A stretch of 64,000 nucleotides of DNA from Escherichia coli (GCF_003018255.1 NZ_CP027440.1); one strand, 5' to 3'; positions 23,703 through 35,087 are shown, numbered from the stretch's first letter. Made by a program: numbers and translations. The notes: generated from the sequence alone by a model not told the origin.

Positions 23703-24428
23703 TTAATGCAGGATTTTCGCGAGGAAGTCTTTTGCGCGGTCCGATTTCGGATCATCGAAGAAAGCGTCTTTCGGCGAGTCTTCGACAATTTTACCCTCGT
23801 CCATAAAGATCACCCGATTCGCCACTTTACGGGCAAAGCCCATTTCGTGGGTCACCACCATCATGGTCATTCCTTCGTTCGCCAGTTCCACCATCACGTC
23901 CAGCACTTCGTTGATCATCTCCGGATCCAGCGCCGATGTCGGTTCGTCGAACAGCATGGCAATAGGATCCATACACAATGCGCGAGCGATCGCCACACGC
24001 TGCTGCTGACCGCCGGAAAGCTGCGCCGGAAACTTATTGGCATGTGCGGAAAGCCCGACGCGCTCCAGCAATTTCAATGCTTTTTCACGAGCCGGCGCTT
24101 TATCGCGTTTAAGCACTTTCACCTGCGCCAGGGTCAGGTTTTCGATAATCGACAGATGAGGGAACAGCTCGAAATGCTGGAATACCATCCCGACGCGGGA
24201 ACGCAGCTTTGCCAGATCGGTTTTCTTGTCGTTAACCACGATGCCATCGACGGTGATTTCACCTTGCTGCACCGGTTCGAGGCCGTTGACGGTTTTAATC
24301 AGCGTTGATTTGCCGGAACCAGACGGGCCGCAAACCACCACCACTTCGCCTTTTTTCACTTCGGTTGAGCAGTCGGTCAGCACCTGAAAGTGACCATACC
24401 ATTTTGAAACATTTTTCAGGGTAATCAT
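23703..24428 (-). CDS. gltL: glutamate/aspartate ABC transporter ATPase GltL (241 aa)
   Basis: ORF track; Walker [10 protein letters not shown]. Confidence 0.95.
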   Translation of the reverse strand: MITLKNVSKWYGHFQVLTDCSTEVKKGEVVVVCGPSGSGKSTLIKTVNGLEPVQQGEITVDGIVVNDKKTDLAKLRSRVGMVFQHFELFPHLSIIENLTLAQVKVLKRDKAPAREKALKLLERVGLSAHANKFPAQLSGGQQQRVAIARALCMDPIAMLFDEPTSALDPEMINEVLDVMVELANEGMTMMVVTHEMGFARKVANRVIFMDEGKIVEDSPKDAFFDDPKSDRAKDFLAKILH

Positions 24429-25102
24429 TATGCTGTCCTTCTTTTCAAGTAGCTGACCAACAACGACGCGCTAAGGCTAATAACGAAATAAACAAATCCG
24501 GCAAACAGGATCATCTCAACCTGCGTACCATCACGCTCACCAATGGTTGAAGCGGTACGGAAGAAATCGGCCAGAGATAACACATACACCAGCGAGGTAT
24601 CCTGGAACAGTACGATGCCCTGAGTGAGCAGCAGCGGCACCATCGCGCGGAAAGCCTGCGGCAGAATAATCAGTTTCATCGACTGCCAGTGAGTCATCCC
24701 CAACGCCAGCGCGGCGCTCGACTGACCACGGGAAATACTTTGAATACCGGCACGGATAATCTCTGAATAGTAGGCCGCTTCAAACATCGAAAACGCCACC
24801 ATTGCCGAAATTAAACGGATATCATTTTTTGGCGATAATCCCAGCACGTTTTGCAGAAATCCCGGCACAATCAGGTAAAACCACAGCAAAACCATGACTA
24901 AAGGAATCGAGCGGAATACGTTAACATAGGCTTTGGCAAACCACGCAACAGGCGCAAAGCTGGACAAGCGCATCACCGCCAGCATGGTGCCCCACAAAAT
25001 ACCAATCACCACTGCCGTGACGGTGATTTTCAGCGTGATCACCAGCCCGTCGAGCAGATATGGCAGGGAAGGAACAATGGAACTCCAGTCAAACTCGTAC
25101 AT
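24428..25102 (-). CDS. gltK: glutamate/aspartate ABC transporter permease GltK (224 aa)
   Basis: ORF track; 1-nt overlap with gltL. Confidence 0.94.
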
Positions 25103-25842
25103 TATTTGCCCCCCATGTTGCCGGGCAGACGAACTTTACGTTCAACCAGCGTCATCACCAGCATGATAAAAGCGTTAATCAATACATACGCCAGCGTGAT
25201 GGCGGTAAACGACTCCCAGGCGTGGGCCGAGTAATCGAGCAATTTACCCGCCTGCGCCGCCATATCCACCAGACCGATAGTCGAGGCGATGGCGGAGTTT
25301 TTCACCAGGTTCATCATCTCTGAGGTCATCGGCGGGACGATAACGCGATAAGCATTAGGCAGCAGTACGTAGCGGTAAGCCTGCGGTAGCGTCAGACCCA
25401 TCGCCAGCGCGGCATTTTTTTGCCCACGCGGCAGCGACTGAATAGCGGCGCGTACCTGTTCGCAAACACGGGCGGCGGTAAACAGCCCCAGGCAGAGCAT
25501 GGATGAAAGGAAAAACTGAATATTGGGATCCAGCTCTGCCTTAAACCACATGCCGATTTTCTCTGGCAGCAGCTCCGGGATCACCAGGTACCAGGTAAAG
25601 AATTGCACAATCAACGGCACGTTGCGGAACAGTTCGACATACAACGTACCCAGACCGGAGAGAAAACGGTTTGGAACGGTACGTAAAATGCCGAAAAATG
25701 AACCGACGAGGAAAGCGATAATCCAGGCGCAGATCGACAAAGCGATCGTCACCTGAAAACCACTCCAGATCCAACCAAGATAGGTGGTGTTGCCGAACGG
25801 GGCTTGTTGTAAAAAAATACCCCAGTTCCAGTCTATAGACAT
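25102..25842 (-). CDS. gltJ: glutamate/aspartate ABC transporter permease GltJ (246 aa)
   Basis: ORF track; SD GGAG 7 nt upstream. Confidence 0.94.
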
Positions 25843-25854
25843 AAATCTACTCCA

Positions 25855-25889
25855 GAAAAAAGAGGGTAGCAGCGTTAACTGCTACCCTC
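25855..25889 (-). terminator. intrinsic terminator in the gltI-gltJ spacer (SroC 3' end)
   Basis: 11-bp stem gagggtagcag / ctgctaccctc (25862-25889), loop cgttaa, U6 on the minus strand (plus A-run 25856-25861) running into the gltJ SD. Confidence 0.8.
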
Positions 25890-26015
25890 GAAGATTGTTA
25901 CCCAGCGTATTGCGGTTTTCAGGCCCGATGGGGAACGACCACCAGGCGTATAGTCTGTCCGTGCTACGTAACAATCGAGAGGGCTGGAATTTCCGCCCCT
26001 GGTTCTTGTAATTAG
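25855..26015 (-). ncRNA. sroC: SroC sRNA region (processed from the gltI-gltJ spacer); ends approximate
   Basis: gltI-gltJ spacer ending in a minus-strand intrinsic terminator; SroC is known to derive from this spacer. Confidence 0.55.
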
Positions 26016-26920
26016 TTCAGTGCCTTGTCATTCGGTTCTTTGAACAGTGCTTTCATTTCGTCTGACAGTTCGAAATTCATGTTCAGGTTTTTCGGCGGAA
26101 TTGGATTTTTGAACCACTTATCAAACCATTTTTCCGCTTCACCGGAGGTCTGCACCTGAGCGATGGTATCATCCATCAGCTTTTTGAACTGCGGATCGTC
26201 TTTACGCAACATGCAACCATAGGCTTCCTGAGACTGCGGCTTGCCGACGATTTCCCAGTTGTCTGGTTTCTTCGCTTTCGCACGTTCACCGGCCAGCAGA
26301 GCATCATCCATCATAAAGGCAACGGCACGACCGCTTTCCAGGGTACGGAAAGAGTCACCGTGATCTTTGGCGCTGATGATGCGCATATTCATTTTTTGCT
26401 CTTCATTCAGTTTGTTGAGCAAAACTTCAGAGGTGGTGCCGGAAGTGACGACTACGGCTTTGCCTTTCAGGTCGGCAAAATCTTTGATATCGCCGCCCTT
26501 TTTGGTCAGCAGGCGCGTACCGACCACGAAAATAGTGTCAGAGAAAGCCGCCTGTTTTTGGCGTTCGGCATTGTTGGTGGTAGAACCGCATTCAAAATCG
26601 AAAGTGCCGTTTTGCAGCAGTGGAATACGGTTTTGTGAGGTGATCGGAATCAATTTCACCTGTAAGTCTGGTTTGTTGAGTTTCTTTTTCACTGCTTCAA
26701 CAATGGCGTTGGAGTAATCCTGCGAGTAGCCCACCACTTTTTGCTGATTGTCGTAATAAGAGAAAGGTACTGAAGATTCACGGTGACCGACGACAATCAC
26801 GCCGTTTTTGGCGATTTTGTCCAGCGTACTGCCTGCTGCCGGGGCGGCGTCATCTGCCTGTGCCAGTCCTGCGGAAAGCGCCAGGGCCAGGATTGCTGTG
26901 GCAGGTTTACGTAATTGCAT
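26012..26920 (-). CDS. gltI: glutamate/aspartate periplasmic binding protein GltI (302 aa)
   Basis: Track ORF is N-extended; known start MQLRKPATAILALALSAGLAQA at 26920 with SD AAGGAG. Confidence 0.93.
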   Translation of the reverse strand: MQLRKPATAILALALSAGLAQADDAAPAAGSTLDKIAKNGVIVVGHRESSVPFSYYDNQQKVVGYSQDYSNAIVEAVKKKLNKPDLQVKLIPITSQNRIPLLQNGTFDFECGSTTNNAERQKQAAFSDTIFVVGTRLLTKKGGDIKDFADLKGKAVVVTSGTTSEVLLNKLNEEQKMNMRIISAKDHGDSFRTLESGRAVAFMMDDALLAGERAKAKKPDNWEIVGKPQSQEAYGCMLRKDDPQFKKLMDDTIAQVQTSGEAEKWFDKWFKNPIPPKNLNMNFELSDEMKALFKEPNDKALN

Positions 26921-26963
26921 ATCCAACTCCTTTATCTTCTGCGTTAAGAACGCATGGATACCC

Positions 26964-26984
26964 GTTGTGAGTGTTTGTGTTGTT
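26964..26984 (-). promoter_or_regulatory. C/A-rich element in the gltI 5' UTR, candidate GcvB pairing site
   Basis: mRNA sense AACAACACAAACACUCACAAC about 45-65 nt upstream of the gltI AUG. Confidence 0.5.
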
Positions 26985-27374
26985 ATCATCTGCAACTTTA
27001 TTGTGCAGTGTTGTGCTTGTTAGGTAACATTTAGTTTGGCTAAATGTAAAGATATTGCTGTTTTATTGTTTGTTTTTGCGAGATGCGCCGCACCATTCCG
27101 AAGCAAAATTCTTAAATCGCACCTTTTTGGTGCTACCGCTGATTTGTGGTGGTGCAACCCGGTTGCGTCGCGGCTGATTTCATTGCTTACACAGTAAATA
27201 AAGCAACTTACATGCCAAAAAATACTTATAGGTGAATTAATTACGATTGTAATGTTAGGCTGAAATAGTCATATTTCGGACAGGGTTATCTTTTCGGCAT
27301 GGGACGTTTGCCGGGATGATAACTGCACACGGGAAAAATGCTTTTTACCTGTCTTTTCAAGGAAGAATCACCTT

Positions 27375-29252
27375 ATGTCTGCATCTTCGGTTAAGCCGTT
27401 AAATGTTCAATTACCCGCAATAACCCTTATCCTTTTTGCGCTCTGTGTTGGGATATTTTGTTACCTCGCACAATGGATGAGTTATGAAGAAGTCGATCAA
27501 TCCGCACTTATCCATCTCGGTGCTAACGTTGCTTCTCTCACGTTGTCGGGTGAATCCTGGCGCTTATTGAGCAGTGTCTTTCTGCACAGCAGTGTTTCTC
27601 ATTTGCTGATGAATATGTTTGCACTCCTGGTGGTGGGGGGAGCGGTGGAACGTATTCTGGGGAAATGGCGACTCCTGATTATCTTGTTATTCTCCGGCAT
27701 CTTTGGTGGGCTGATCAGCGCCTGTTATGCGTTACGCGAAAGTGAGCAGATAGTCATCAGCGTTGGGGCATCCGGGGCAATTATGGGAATAGCGGGCGCT
27801 GCGATAGCAACACAGCTTTCTTCAGGTGCGGGTACACACCATAAAAACCAGCGGCGAGTATTTTCTCTGTTGGGTATGGTGGCGCTGACACTGTTGTATG
27901 GTGCCCGGCAAGCAGGAATAGATAACGCTTGCCACATTGGCGGCCTGATTGCGGGGGGCGCGTTGGGTTGGCTGAGTGCGCGTTTAGTTGGGCAAAATCG
28001 GCTCGTTACGGAAGGCGGGATTATTGTTGCGGTCACTCTTCTTCTGACCGGGACTATCTGGTTTGTGCAGCAGCAGATTGATGAATCAGTTTTACAGGTC
28101 AGGCAAAGCCTGCGTGAAGCGTTTTATCCGCAGGAGATTGAACAAGAGCGACGACAAAAAAAGCAGCAGTTAGTGGAGGAGCGCAACGCCCTCAGGGAAA
28201 CATTATCCGCTCCGGTAAGTCGTGAGCAGGCCAGTGGTGATTTACTCGCTGAGATTGCCGATATCCATGATATGGCGATCAGTCGGGATGGTAATACGTT
28301 GTATGCCGCAATTGAAAACACCAACAGCATTGTTGTTTTCGACCTCGGACAAAAGAAAATCCTGCATACCTTTACAGCGCCCATAGCGAAAGAAAAGTCA
28401 GTCAAACATTGTGGTGGCTGTAAAGATCAGGGCGTCAGATCGCTGGCATTAAGCCTGGATGAAAAGTTGATTTATGCGACTTCATTTGAAGCGAATGCAG
28501 TATCGGTCATTAACGTGGCGACGGGGGAGATTATTCAGTCGATTACCACCGGCGCCCATCCTGACAGCCTTATCCTCTCGCGTGATGGCACAAAAGCCTG
28601 GGTGATGAATCGCACCAGTAATAGTGTGTCAGCCATTGATCTGGTGACTTATCAGCATGTGACGGATATCCCGCTGGAGAAATACGACGGGACGGGGACG
28701 AGCGGTAAACCAGGCGCCTGGGTTATGGCACTTTCCCCGGATGAAAAAACATTGTTGATACCCGGTATGGTCAGAGGCGACATTGTACGCATCAATACCA
28801 TCACGCATCAGAAAGAAGACTTTCCCACAGGTGATGCGCGTGGTATCGTTTCTGCGATGGGATTCCGACCAAAAAATGGCGAGATTATTTTTGCCGATAG
28901 CCAGGGGATTTCACGTATAAGCGTAGGGGATCAACAAGCCAGCATTATGACGCAATGGTGTAGCAGGAGCGTTTATTCCGTTGAGGGTATTAGCCCGGAC
29001 GGTCAATATTTAGCGTTGGTGTCATATGGCCTGCAAGGTTATGTCATCCTGCTCAATATTAATGCCGGGCAGATTATTGGCGTTTATCCTGCCAGCTACG
29101 TTAATCACCTTCGTTTTTCAGCGGATGGTAGAAAGATATTTGTTATGGCGAAGAACAGGTTAATCCAAATGGACAGGACGCGCTCGCTTGATCCGCAGGC
29201 AATTATTCGGCATCCCCAATATGGCGATGTGGCTTGTATCCCTGAACCGTAA
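27375..29252 (+). CDS. rhomboid-family intramembrane serine protease fused to a C-terminal beta-propeller-like repeat domain (625 aa); accessory gene
   Basis: ATG 27375; GlpG-like TM2 H71/H76/N80 then GGAVE; GASG with Ser133 (nt 27771-27773); CHIGG with His187 (nt 27933-27935); predicted 7th TM helix; C-terminal [L/I/F]S-x-DG-type repeats. Confidence 0.8.
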   Translation: MSASSVKPLNVQLPAITLILFALCVGIFCYLAQWMSYEEVDQSALIHLGANVASLTLSGESWRLLSSVFLHSSVSHLLMNMFALLVVGGAVERILGKWRLLIILLFSGIFGGLISACYALRESEQIVISVGASGAIMGIAGAAIATQLSSGAGTHHKNQRRVFSLLGMVALTLLYGARQAGIDNACHIGGLIAGGALGWLSARLVGQNRLVTEGGIIVAVTLLLTGTIWFVQQQIDESVLQVRQSLREAFYPQEIEQERRQKKQQLVEERNALRETLSAPVSREQASGDLLAEIADIHDMAISRDGNTLYAAIENTNSIVVFDLGQKKILHTFTAPIAKEKSVKHCGGCKDQGVRSLALSLDEKLIYATSFEANAVSVINVATGEIIQSITTGAHPDSLILSRDGTKAWVMNRTSNSVSAIDLVTYQHVTDIPLEKYDGTGTSGKPGAWVMALSPDEKTLLIPGMVRGDIVRINTITHQKEDFPTGDARGIVSAMGFRPKNGEIIFADSQGISRISVGDQQASIMTQWCSRSVYSVEGISPDGQYLALVSYGLQGYVILLNINAGQIIGVYPASYVNHLRFSADGRKIFVMAKNRLIQMDRTRSLDPQAIIRHPQYGDVACIPEP

Positions 29253-29253
29253 G

Positions 29254-29278
29254 AAAAAAGGGCATGATAATCATGCCC
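29254..29278 (-). terminator. intrinsic terminator of lnt (ybeZ-ybeY-corC-lnt operon end)
   Basis: palindrome gggcatgat-aa-tcatgccc (29260-29278) followed on the minus strand by U6 (plus A-run 29254-29259). Confidence 0.75.
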
Positions 29279-29329
29279 CACAACTCAATGAGAAAGTATG
29301 TTTTGTTCATGCCGGATACATCAGGCACA

Positions 29330-30868
29330 TTAATGTTTACGTGCTCGCAGACTCATCAGCACAGCTGCAAAACCAAACAGTGCCGTCAGCACCCACAGCG
29401 GCCAGTTGCCGGTACGTGCGTACGGTGTGAGTCCGGTAGTCGGCGTCACGTTAGTGGTTAACACCTCGCGGGTGAACTGCGGGATCATCGCCTGAATCTC
29501 ACCCTGCGGGCCAATCACCGCCGTAATGCCGTTGTTGGTGCTGCGCAACAGTGGGCGCGCCAGCTCCAGCGCACGCATTCGCGCCATCTGGAAGTGCTGC
29601 CATGGACCAATAGACTTACCAAACCACGCATCGTTGGAGATAGTCAGCAGATAGTCGGTATCCGGGCGGAAGTTATCGCGCACTTGCTCGCCGAGAATGA
29701 TTTCGTAGCAAATGGCCGCAGTAAGTTGAATGCCATTCAACGACAGCGGTGGCTGAATATATGGTCCGCGGCTGAATGAAGACATCGGCAAATCAAAGAA
29801 CGGTGCTAACGGACGCAGTATCGACTCCAGTGGGACAAACTCGCCAAACGGCACCAGATGGTTTTTGTTATAGCGATCGGCTGATTCATAGCTGTACGGT
29901 GCGCCTTTACCCAGTGTGATGATGGTGTTGTAGGTATCGTAGCGGTTCTGTTTATTGAGACGCGCGTCGACAATCCCGGTGACCAGCGAGCTCCCTTTAT
30001 CGCGCAACTCACCGTCCAGAGCTTTGAGGAACGGTTGCTGATTAATTTCCAGATCGGTTATCGCCGACTCCGGCCAGATAATCAACGATGATTTGCCCAT
30101 CAGCGGTGCCGTTGCGTTGTAGTATATCTTCAGCGTATTAAGTAGCTGGTCTCCGTCCCATTTCAGCGATTGCGGAATATCGCCCTGAACCATCGAAACC
30201 TGAATAGTTTTTTCCGGTTGCGGGGTAAACCACTGGATGTAACGCAGCGGGAAGGGAAGGGCAAACAGCACGACGGCCACCACCAGCGGACGCCAGTTGC
30301 GTTTGACCAACGCCAGTGCCAGCAGGCCGCTAACCATCATCAGCAGGAAGTTAATGGCTTCCACGCCCATTATCGGTGCCAGCCCTTTTAACGGGCCATC
30401 AATCTGGCTATAGCCGAACTGTAACCACGGGAAGCCTGTTAGTACCCAACCGCGCAGAAACTCGGTCACTTGCCAGAGAGCAGGGGCGGCAATCGCCACG
30501 CGCAGCCAGGTGGTTTTCGGCCACAGACGCGACAGCACGCCAGCAAACAGTCCGGTATACAGCGACAAATACGCCGCCAGCAGTACCACCAGGAAGATGT
30601 TAACCGGGCCAGGCATTCCGCCAAAGGTCGCGATGCTGACATAGACCCAGTTAATACCGCTGCCAAAGAGGCCAAATCCCCAGCAAAAGCCAATAGCGGC
30701 AGACTGGAGTGGACGGCGGTTAAAGGTCAACGCCTGAAGCCCCATCAGCGAAATAATCGCCGCAGGCCAGACGTCGTAAGGAGAGAAGGCCAGCGTTCCG
30801 CAGGCACCGAATAATAACGCCAGCAGCAGGCGAATGCGCTGGCGTTCAATTAATGAGGCAAAAGCCAT
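29330..30868 (-). CDS. lnt: apolipoprotein N-acyltransferase Lnt (512 aa)
   Basis: ORF track; recognised sequence. Confidence 0.95.
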   Translation of the reverse strand: MAFASLIERQRIRLLLALLFGACGTLAFSPYDVWPAAIISLMGLQALTFNRRPLQSAAIGFCWGFGLFGSGINWVYVSIATFGGMPGPVNIFLVVLLAAYLSLYTGLFAGVLSRLWPKTTWLRVAIAAPALWQVTEFLRGWVLTGFPWLQFGYSQIDGPLKGLAPIMGVEAINFLLMMVSGLLALALVKRNWRPLVVAVVLFALPFPLRYIQWFTPQPEKTIQVSMVQGDIPQSLKWDGDQLLNTLKIYYNATAPLMGKSSLIIWPESAITDLEINQQPFLKALDGELRDKGSSLVTGIVDARLNKQNRYDTYNTIITLGKGAPYSYESADRYNKNHLVPFGEFVPLESILRPLAPFFDLPMSSFSRGPYIQPPLSLNGIQLTAAICYEIILGEQVRDNFRPDTDYLLTISNDAWFGKSIGPWQHFQMARMRALELARPLLRSTNNGITAVIGPQGEIQAMIPQFTREVLTTNVTPTTGLTPYARTGNWPLWVLTALFGFAAVLMSLRARKH

Positions 30869-30892
30869 GTAGTTATCTATCCAGTTTCGGTT

Positions 30893-31771
30893 TTATTCAT
30901 CCAGCTTCGGCTGGGGTGAGTCATCCGGGATTTTGACATGAACCTGAATAATACGCCGACTGTCGGCCATCGCCACTTTGAACTGGTAACCGTCGATGTC
31001 GATGGTTTCGCCACGCGCCGGAAGATGCCCAAATGCCTGCATCACCAGACCACCGATAGTGTCAACCTCTTCATCGCTAAAGTGGGTGCCGAACGCTTCG
31101 TTGAAGTCTTCAATAGAAGCCAGTGCGCGCACGGTCCAGGTATGACGACTCAGCTGACGGAAGTCGATATCATCTTCTTCGTCATACTCGTCTTCAATCT
31201 CACCAACAATCAGTTCCAGGATGTCTTCAATGGTCACCAGACCGGAAACCCCACCGAATTCGTCAATGACGATCGCCATGTGGTAACGCTGAGAGCGAAA
31301 CTCTTTCAGCATCCGGTCTACGCGCTTACTTTCAGGAACGACAACCGCCTGACGTAACACTTTGTCCATGCTGAAGGCTTCAGCATCGCTGCGCATAAAC
31401 GGCAGCAAGTCTTTCGCCATCAGAATCCCTTCAATGTGATCTTTGTCTTCGCTAATCACCGGGAAACGTGAGTGGGCGGACTCGATGATGACATCAAGGC
31501 ATTCGTCCAGCGTCTGGTTGCGTTTCAGGGTAATCATCTGGGAGCGGGGGATCATGATGTCGCGAACGCGTTGGTCTGCGATGTCCATCACCCCTTCGAG
31601 CATATCGCGCGTATCTTCGTCGATAAGGTCGTTCTGCCCGGAATCACGGATCAGCGCCAGCAGTTCGTCACGGTTTTTCGGTTCACCGTGGAAAAGTTGG
31701 CTGAGTAACAGGGAGAAAAATCCCTTCTTGTTGCTTATCGTGTCACTACTGTGTGAATTGTCGTCGCTCAT
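30893..31771 (-). CDS. corC: Mg/Co efflux-associated CBS-domain protein CorC/YbeX (292 aa)
   Basis: ORF track; recognised sequence. Confidence 0.93.
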   Translation of the reverse strand: MSDDNSHSSDTISNKKGFFSLLLSQLFHGEPKNRDELLALIRDSGQNDLIDEDTRDMLEGVMDIADQRVRDIMIPRSQMITLKRNQTLDECLDVIIESAHSRFPVISEDKDHIEGILMAKDLLPFMRSDAEAFSMDKVLRQAVVVPESKRVDRMLKEFRSQRYHMAIVIDEFGGVSGLVTIEDILELIVGEIEDEYDEEDDIDFRQLSRHTWTVRALASIEDFNEAFGTHFSDEEVDTIGGLVMQAFGHLPARGETIDIDGYQFKVAMADSRRIIQVHVKIPDDSPQPKLDE

Positions 31772-31860
31772 GGCGTCGTATGGGTTCTCATGTTAGTTAA
31801 TCAAAACGCCGTCGTTAATCACCAACGGCGGGGACGTCTGCCAGTCAAATGCCTGGCAAA

Positions 31861-32328
31861 TTATTCTTTCTCGGCAATGTACGGATCCTCATAGCCCAGA
31901 GCAAGCATAATCTCTGTTTCGATGGCTTCCATTTCTTCTGCTTCGTCATCTTCGATGTGATCGTAACCTAACAAATGCAGACTGCCGTGCACCACCATAT
32001 GCGCCCAGTGCGCCTCCAGTGGTTTGCCTTGCTCCTGAGCTTCCTTCTCAACCACCTGACGGCAGATAACCAGATCGCCCAGTAGCGACATTTCCATGCC
32101 AGGCGGTACTTCAAACGGGAAGGAGAGCACGTTGGTCGGCTTATCCTTACCGCGATAGGTCAGATTCAGACTGTGGCTTTCGGCGGTATCGACCACGCGA
32201 ATAGTCACTTCCGATTCTTCCTGAAACTGCGGGATCACCGCATTCAGCCATGTCTGAAACTGGCTCTCTTCCGGTAACCCGGAATTATCTTCACATGCCA
32301 GTTGTAAATCGAGGATCACCTGACTCAT
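31861..32328 (-). CDS. ybeY: endoribonuclease YbeY (155 aa)
   Basis: ORF track; HxxxHxxxH metal motif ([11 protein letters not shown]). Confidence 0.95.
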   Translation of the reverse strand: MSQVILDLQLACEDNSGLPEESQFQTWLNAVIPQFQEESEVTIRVVDTAESHSLNLTYRGKDKPTNVLSFPFEVPPGMEMSLLGDLVICRQVVEKEAQEQGKPLEAHWAHMVVHGSLHLLGYDHIEDDEAEEMEAIETEIMLALGYEDPYIAEKE

Positions 32329-33365
32329 TTTTGTTCCTGTTCTTCGCGCTTGCGTTCTGCTGCCAGCGCCGCTTTACGTTTTTGTTCGGCTTCTTCCCAG
32401 GCTTCATAGGCGTTAACGATACGCGCCACCACCGGGTGACGAACCACGTCTTCGCTGTGGAAGAAGTTAAAGCTGATCTCTTCGACATCAGCCAGTACTT
32501 CGATGGCATGACGCAAACCAGACTTGGTATTACGCGGCAGGTCGATCTGTGTGACGTCGCCGGTGATAACCGCTTTTGAGTTAAAACCGATACGGGTCAG
32601 GAACATCTTCATCTGTTCGATGGTGGTGTTCTGGCTCTCATCAAGAATGATAAACGCGTCGTTCAGCGTACGACCACGCATATAGGCCAGCGGTGCGACT
32701 TCAATAACGTTGCGCTCAATCAGTTTCTCGACTTTCTCAAAGCCCAGCATTTCAAACAGCGCGTCGTACAGCGGGCGCAGATACGGGTCTACTTTCTGGC
32801 TTAAATCGCCAGGCAGGAAGCCCAGTTTCTCACCGGCTTCTACTGCCGGACGAGTCAGCAGAATACGGCGAATTTCCTGACGCTCCAGGGCATCAACTGC
32901 CGCAGCCACTGCCAGGTAGGTTTTACCCGTACCCGCCGGGCCAACGCCGAAGGTAATGTCATGGTCGAGAATATTGGCGATGTACTGCGCCTGGTTTGGC
33001 GTGCGCGGCTTAATTACGCCGCGTTTGGTTTTGATATTGACCGCTTTGCCGTACTCCGGCACGCTCTCCGCGCTTTGCTCCAGTACCCGCGCTTCTTTAA
33101 TCGCAAGGTGGATCTGTTCCGGTTCGATATCCTGAATCTGACCGCGCATCGGGGCAGTATCGACATACAGGCTACGCAGAATGTCTGCCGCAGCGGTGAC
33201 GCAAATCGGACGGCCGGTCAGTTTAAAGTGGTTATCGCGGCGATTGATTTCGATGCCGAGACGGCGTTCGAGTTGTTTGATGTTGTCATCAAACGGGCCG
33301 CACAGGCTCAACAGACGCGCATTGTCTGCTGGCTCCAGGGTGATTTCGCGAGTGTCTATGTTCAA
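32325..33365 (-). CDS. ybeZ: PhoH-like ATPase YbeZ (346 aa), TTG start
   Basis: Track ORF starts at ATG 33404 with no SD; TTG at 33363-33365 has SD AAGAGGA 5 nt upstream; Walker A GPAGTGKT. Confidence 0.8.
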   Translation of the reverse strand: MNIDTREITLEPADNARLLSLCGPFDDNIKQLERRLGIEINRRDNHFKLTGRPICVTAAADILRSLYVDTAPMRGQIQDIEPEQIHLAIKEARVLEQSAESVPEYGKAVNIKTKRGVIKPRTPNQAQYIANILDHDITFGVGPAGTGKTYLAVAAAVDALERQEIRRILLTRPAVEAGEKLGFLPGDLSQKVDPYLRPLYDALFEMLGFEKVEKLIERNVIEVAPLAYMRGRTLNDAFIILDESQNTTIEQMKMFLTRIGFNSKAVITGDVTQIDLPRNTKSGLRHAIEVLADVEEISFNFFHSEDVVRHPVVARIVNAYEAWEEAEQKRKAALAAERKREEQEQK

Positions 33366-33517
33366 ACCGTTCCTCTTATCTGTATGCCGCCGGAAGCTGA
33401 ACATTCACCGGCCTATAAGGAAATTATTCACGCCACAGGAAAAAGGCGCAAGCATTGCGATAAAGATGGGGATAAAGAGAGAAAAAACAAGGCCCACCGG
33501 AACGGCGGGCCTGAGAA

Positions 33518-34942
33518 TTACGGCTGATAATAACCCACGCCAAGGTCGTTTTCTTTGCGGGTACGGGCAATCACCGATTCCGGTGTTTCTGCCACGCGCA
33601 GACCCATTTCATCTTCAGTTCGCACCACTTTACCGCGCAGAGAGTTCGGGTAGACGTCGGTAATTTCTACATCGACGAATTTACCGATCATATCCGGCGT
33701 ACCTTCGAAGTTGACGACGCGGTTATTTTCAGTACGGCCGGAAAGCTCCATGATGCTCTTACGCGATGTACCTTCTACCAGAATACGCTGGGTGGTACCG
33801 AGCATCCGGCGGCTCCATGCCATTGCTTGCTGATTGATACGTTCTTGTAGAATATACAGGCGCTGCTTCTTCTCTTCTTCCGGAACATCATCAACCATAT
33901 CGGCGGCTGGTGTACCTGGACGAGCGGAGAAGATAAAGCTGTAGCTCATGTCGAAATTGACGTCGGCAATCAGCTTCATCGTTTTCTCGAAGTCTTCGGT
34001 GGTTTCGCCAGGGAAGCCAACGATGAAGTCAGAACTGATCTGAATATCCGGACGCGCCGCACGCAGCTTACGGATGATCGCTTTGTACTCCAGCGCTGTA
34101 TGGGTACGTCCCATCAGGTTCAGAATGCGATCGGAACCGCTCTGTACCGGCAGATGCAGGAAGCTCACCAGCTCCGGCGTGTCGCGGTACACTTCGATGA
34201 TATCGTCGGTGAATTCGATCGGATGGCTGGTGGTAAAGCGAATACGATCGATCCCGTCGATCGCCGCAACCAGACGCAGCAGATCGGCAAACGATCCGGT
34301 GGTGCCGTCGTAGTTCTCACCGCGCCAGGCGTTCACGTTCTGGCCGAGCAGGTTAACTTCACGCACGCCCTGAGCAGCAAGCTGGGCAATCTCAAACAGA
34401 ATATCGTCGGACGGACGGCTTACCTCTTCACCACGGGTGTAAGGCACTACGCAGTAGGTGCAATATTTATTGCAGCCTTCCATGATGGAGACAAACGCGG
34501 TCGGCCCTTCGGCGCGCGGTTCCGGCAGACGGTCAAACTTCTCGATTTCCGGGAAGCTGATATCTACAACCGGGCTGCGGTCGCCGCGCACGGAGTTGAT
34601 CATCTCCGGCAGACGGTGCAGCGTTTGCGGCCCAAAAATAATATCGACATAGTGGGCGCGCTGGCGAATGTGCTCGCCTTCTTGCGATGCCACGCAGCCG
34701 CCGACGCCGATAATCAGGTCTGGATTCTTCTCTTTTAACAGTTTCCAGCGACCCAACTGATGGAAGACTTTTTCCTGAGCCTTCTCGCGGATTGAGCAGG
34801 TGTTCAGCAGCAGCACATCCGCTTCTTCCGCCACGTCGGTCAGTTGATAGCCGTGGGTGGCATCCAGCAGATCGGCCATCTTCGATGAATCGTACTCGTT
34901 CATCTGACAGCCCCAGGTTTTAATATGGAGTTTTTTGGTCAT
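33518..34942 (-). CDS. miaB: tRNA methylthiotransferase MiaB (474 aa)
   Basis: ORF track; radical-SAM CxxxCxxC. Confidence 0.95.
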
Positions 34943-35087
34943 CGACTTGCTCTTGCGAAATAGTAGCCAGGAATGCAGGGCGCATAGTGTAATGCTTTGC
35001 TGCCGTTGTGACCAGTATGAGCGTTATCAGCCCTTGGGGGTAAAAATCCTGTAAACTTAAAGCATATTGCTAACAGGATGATTGACC

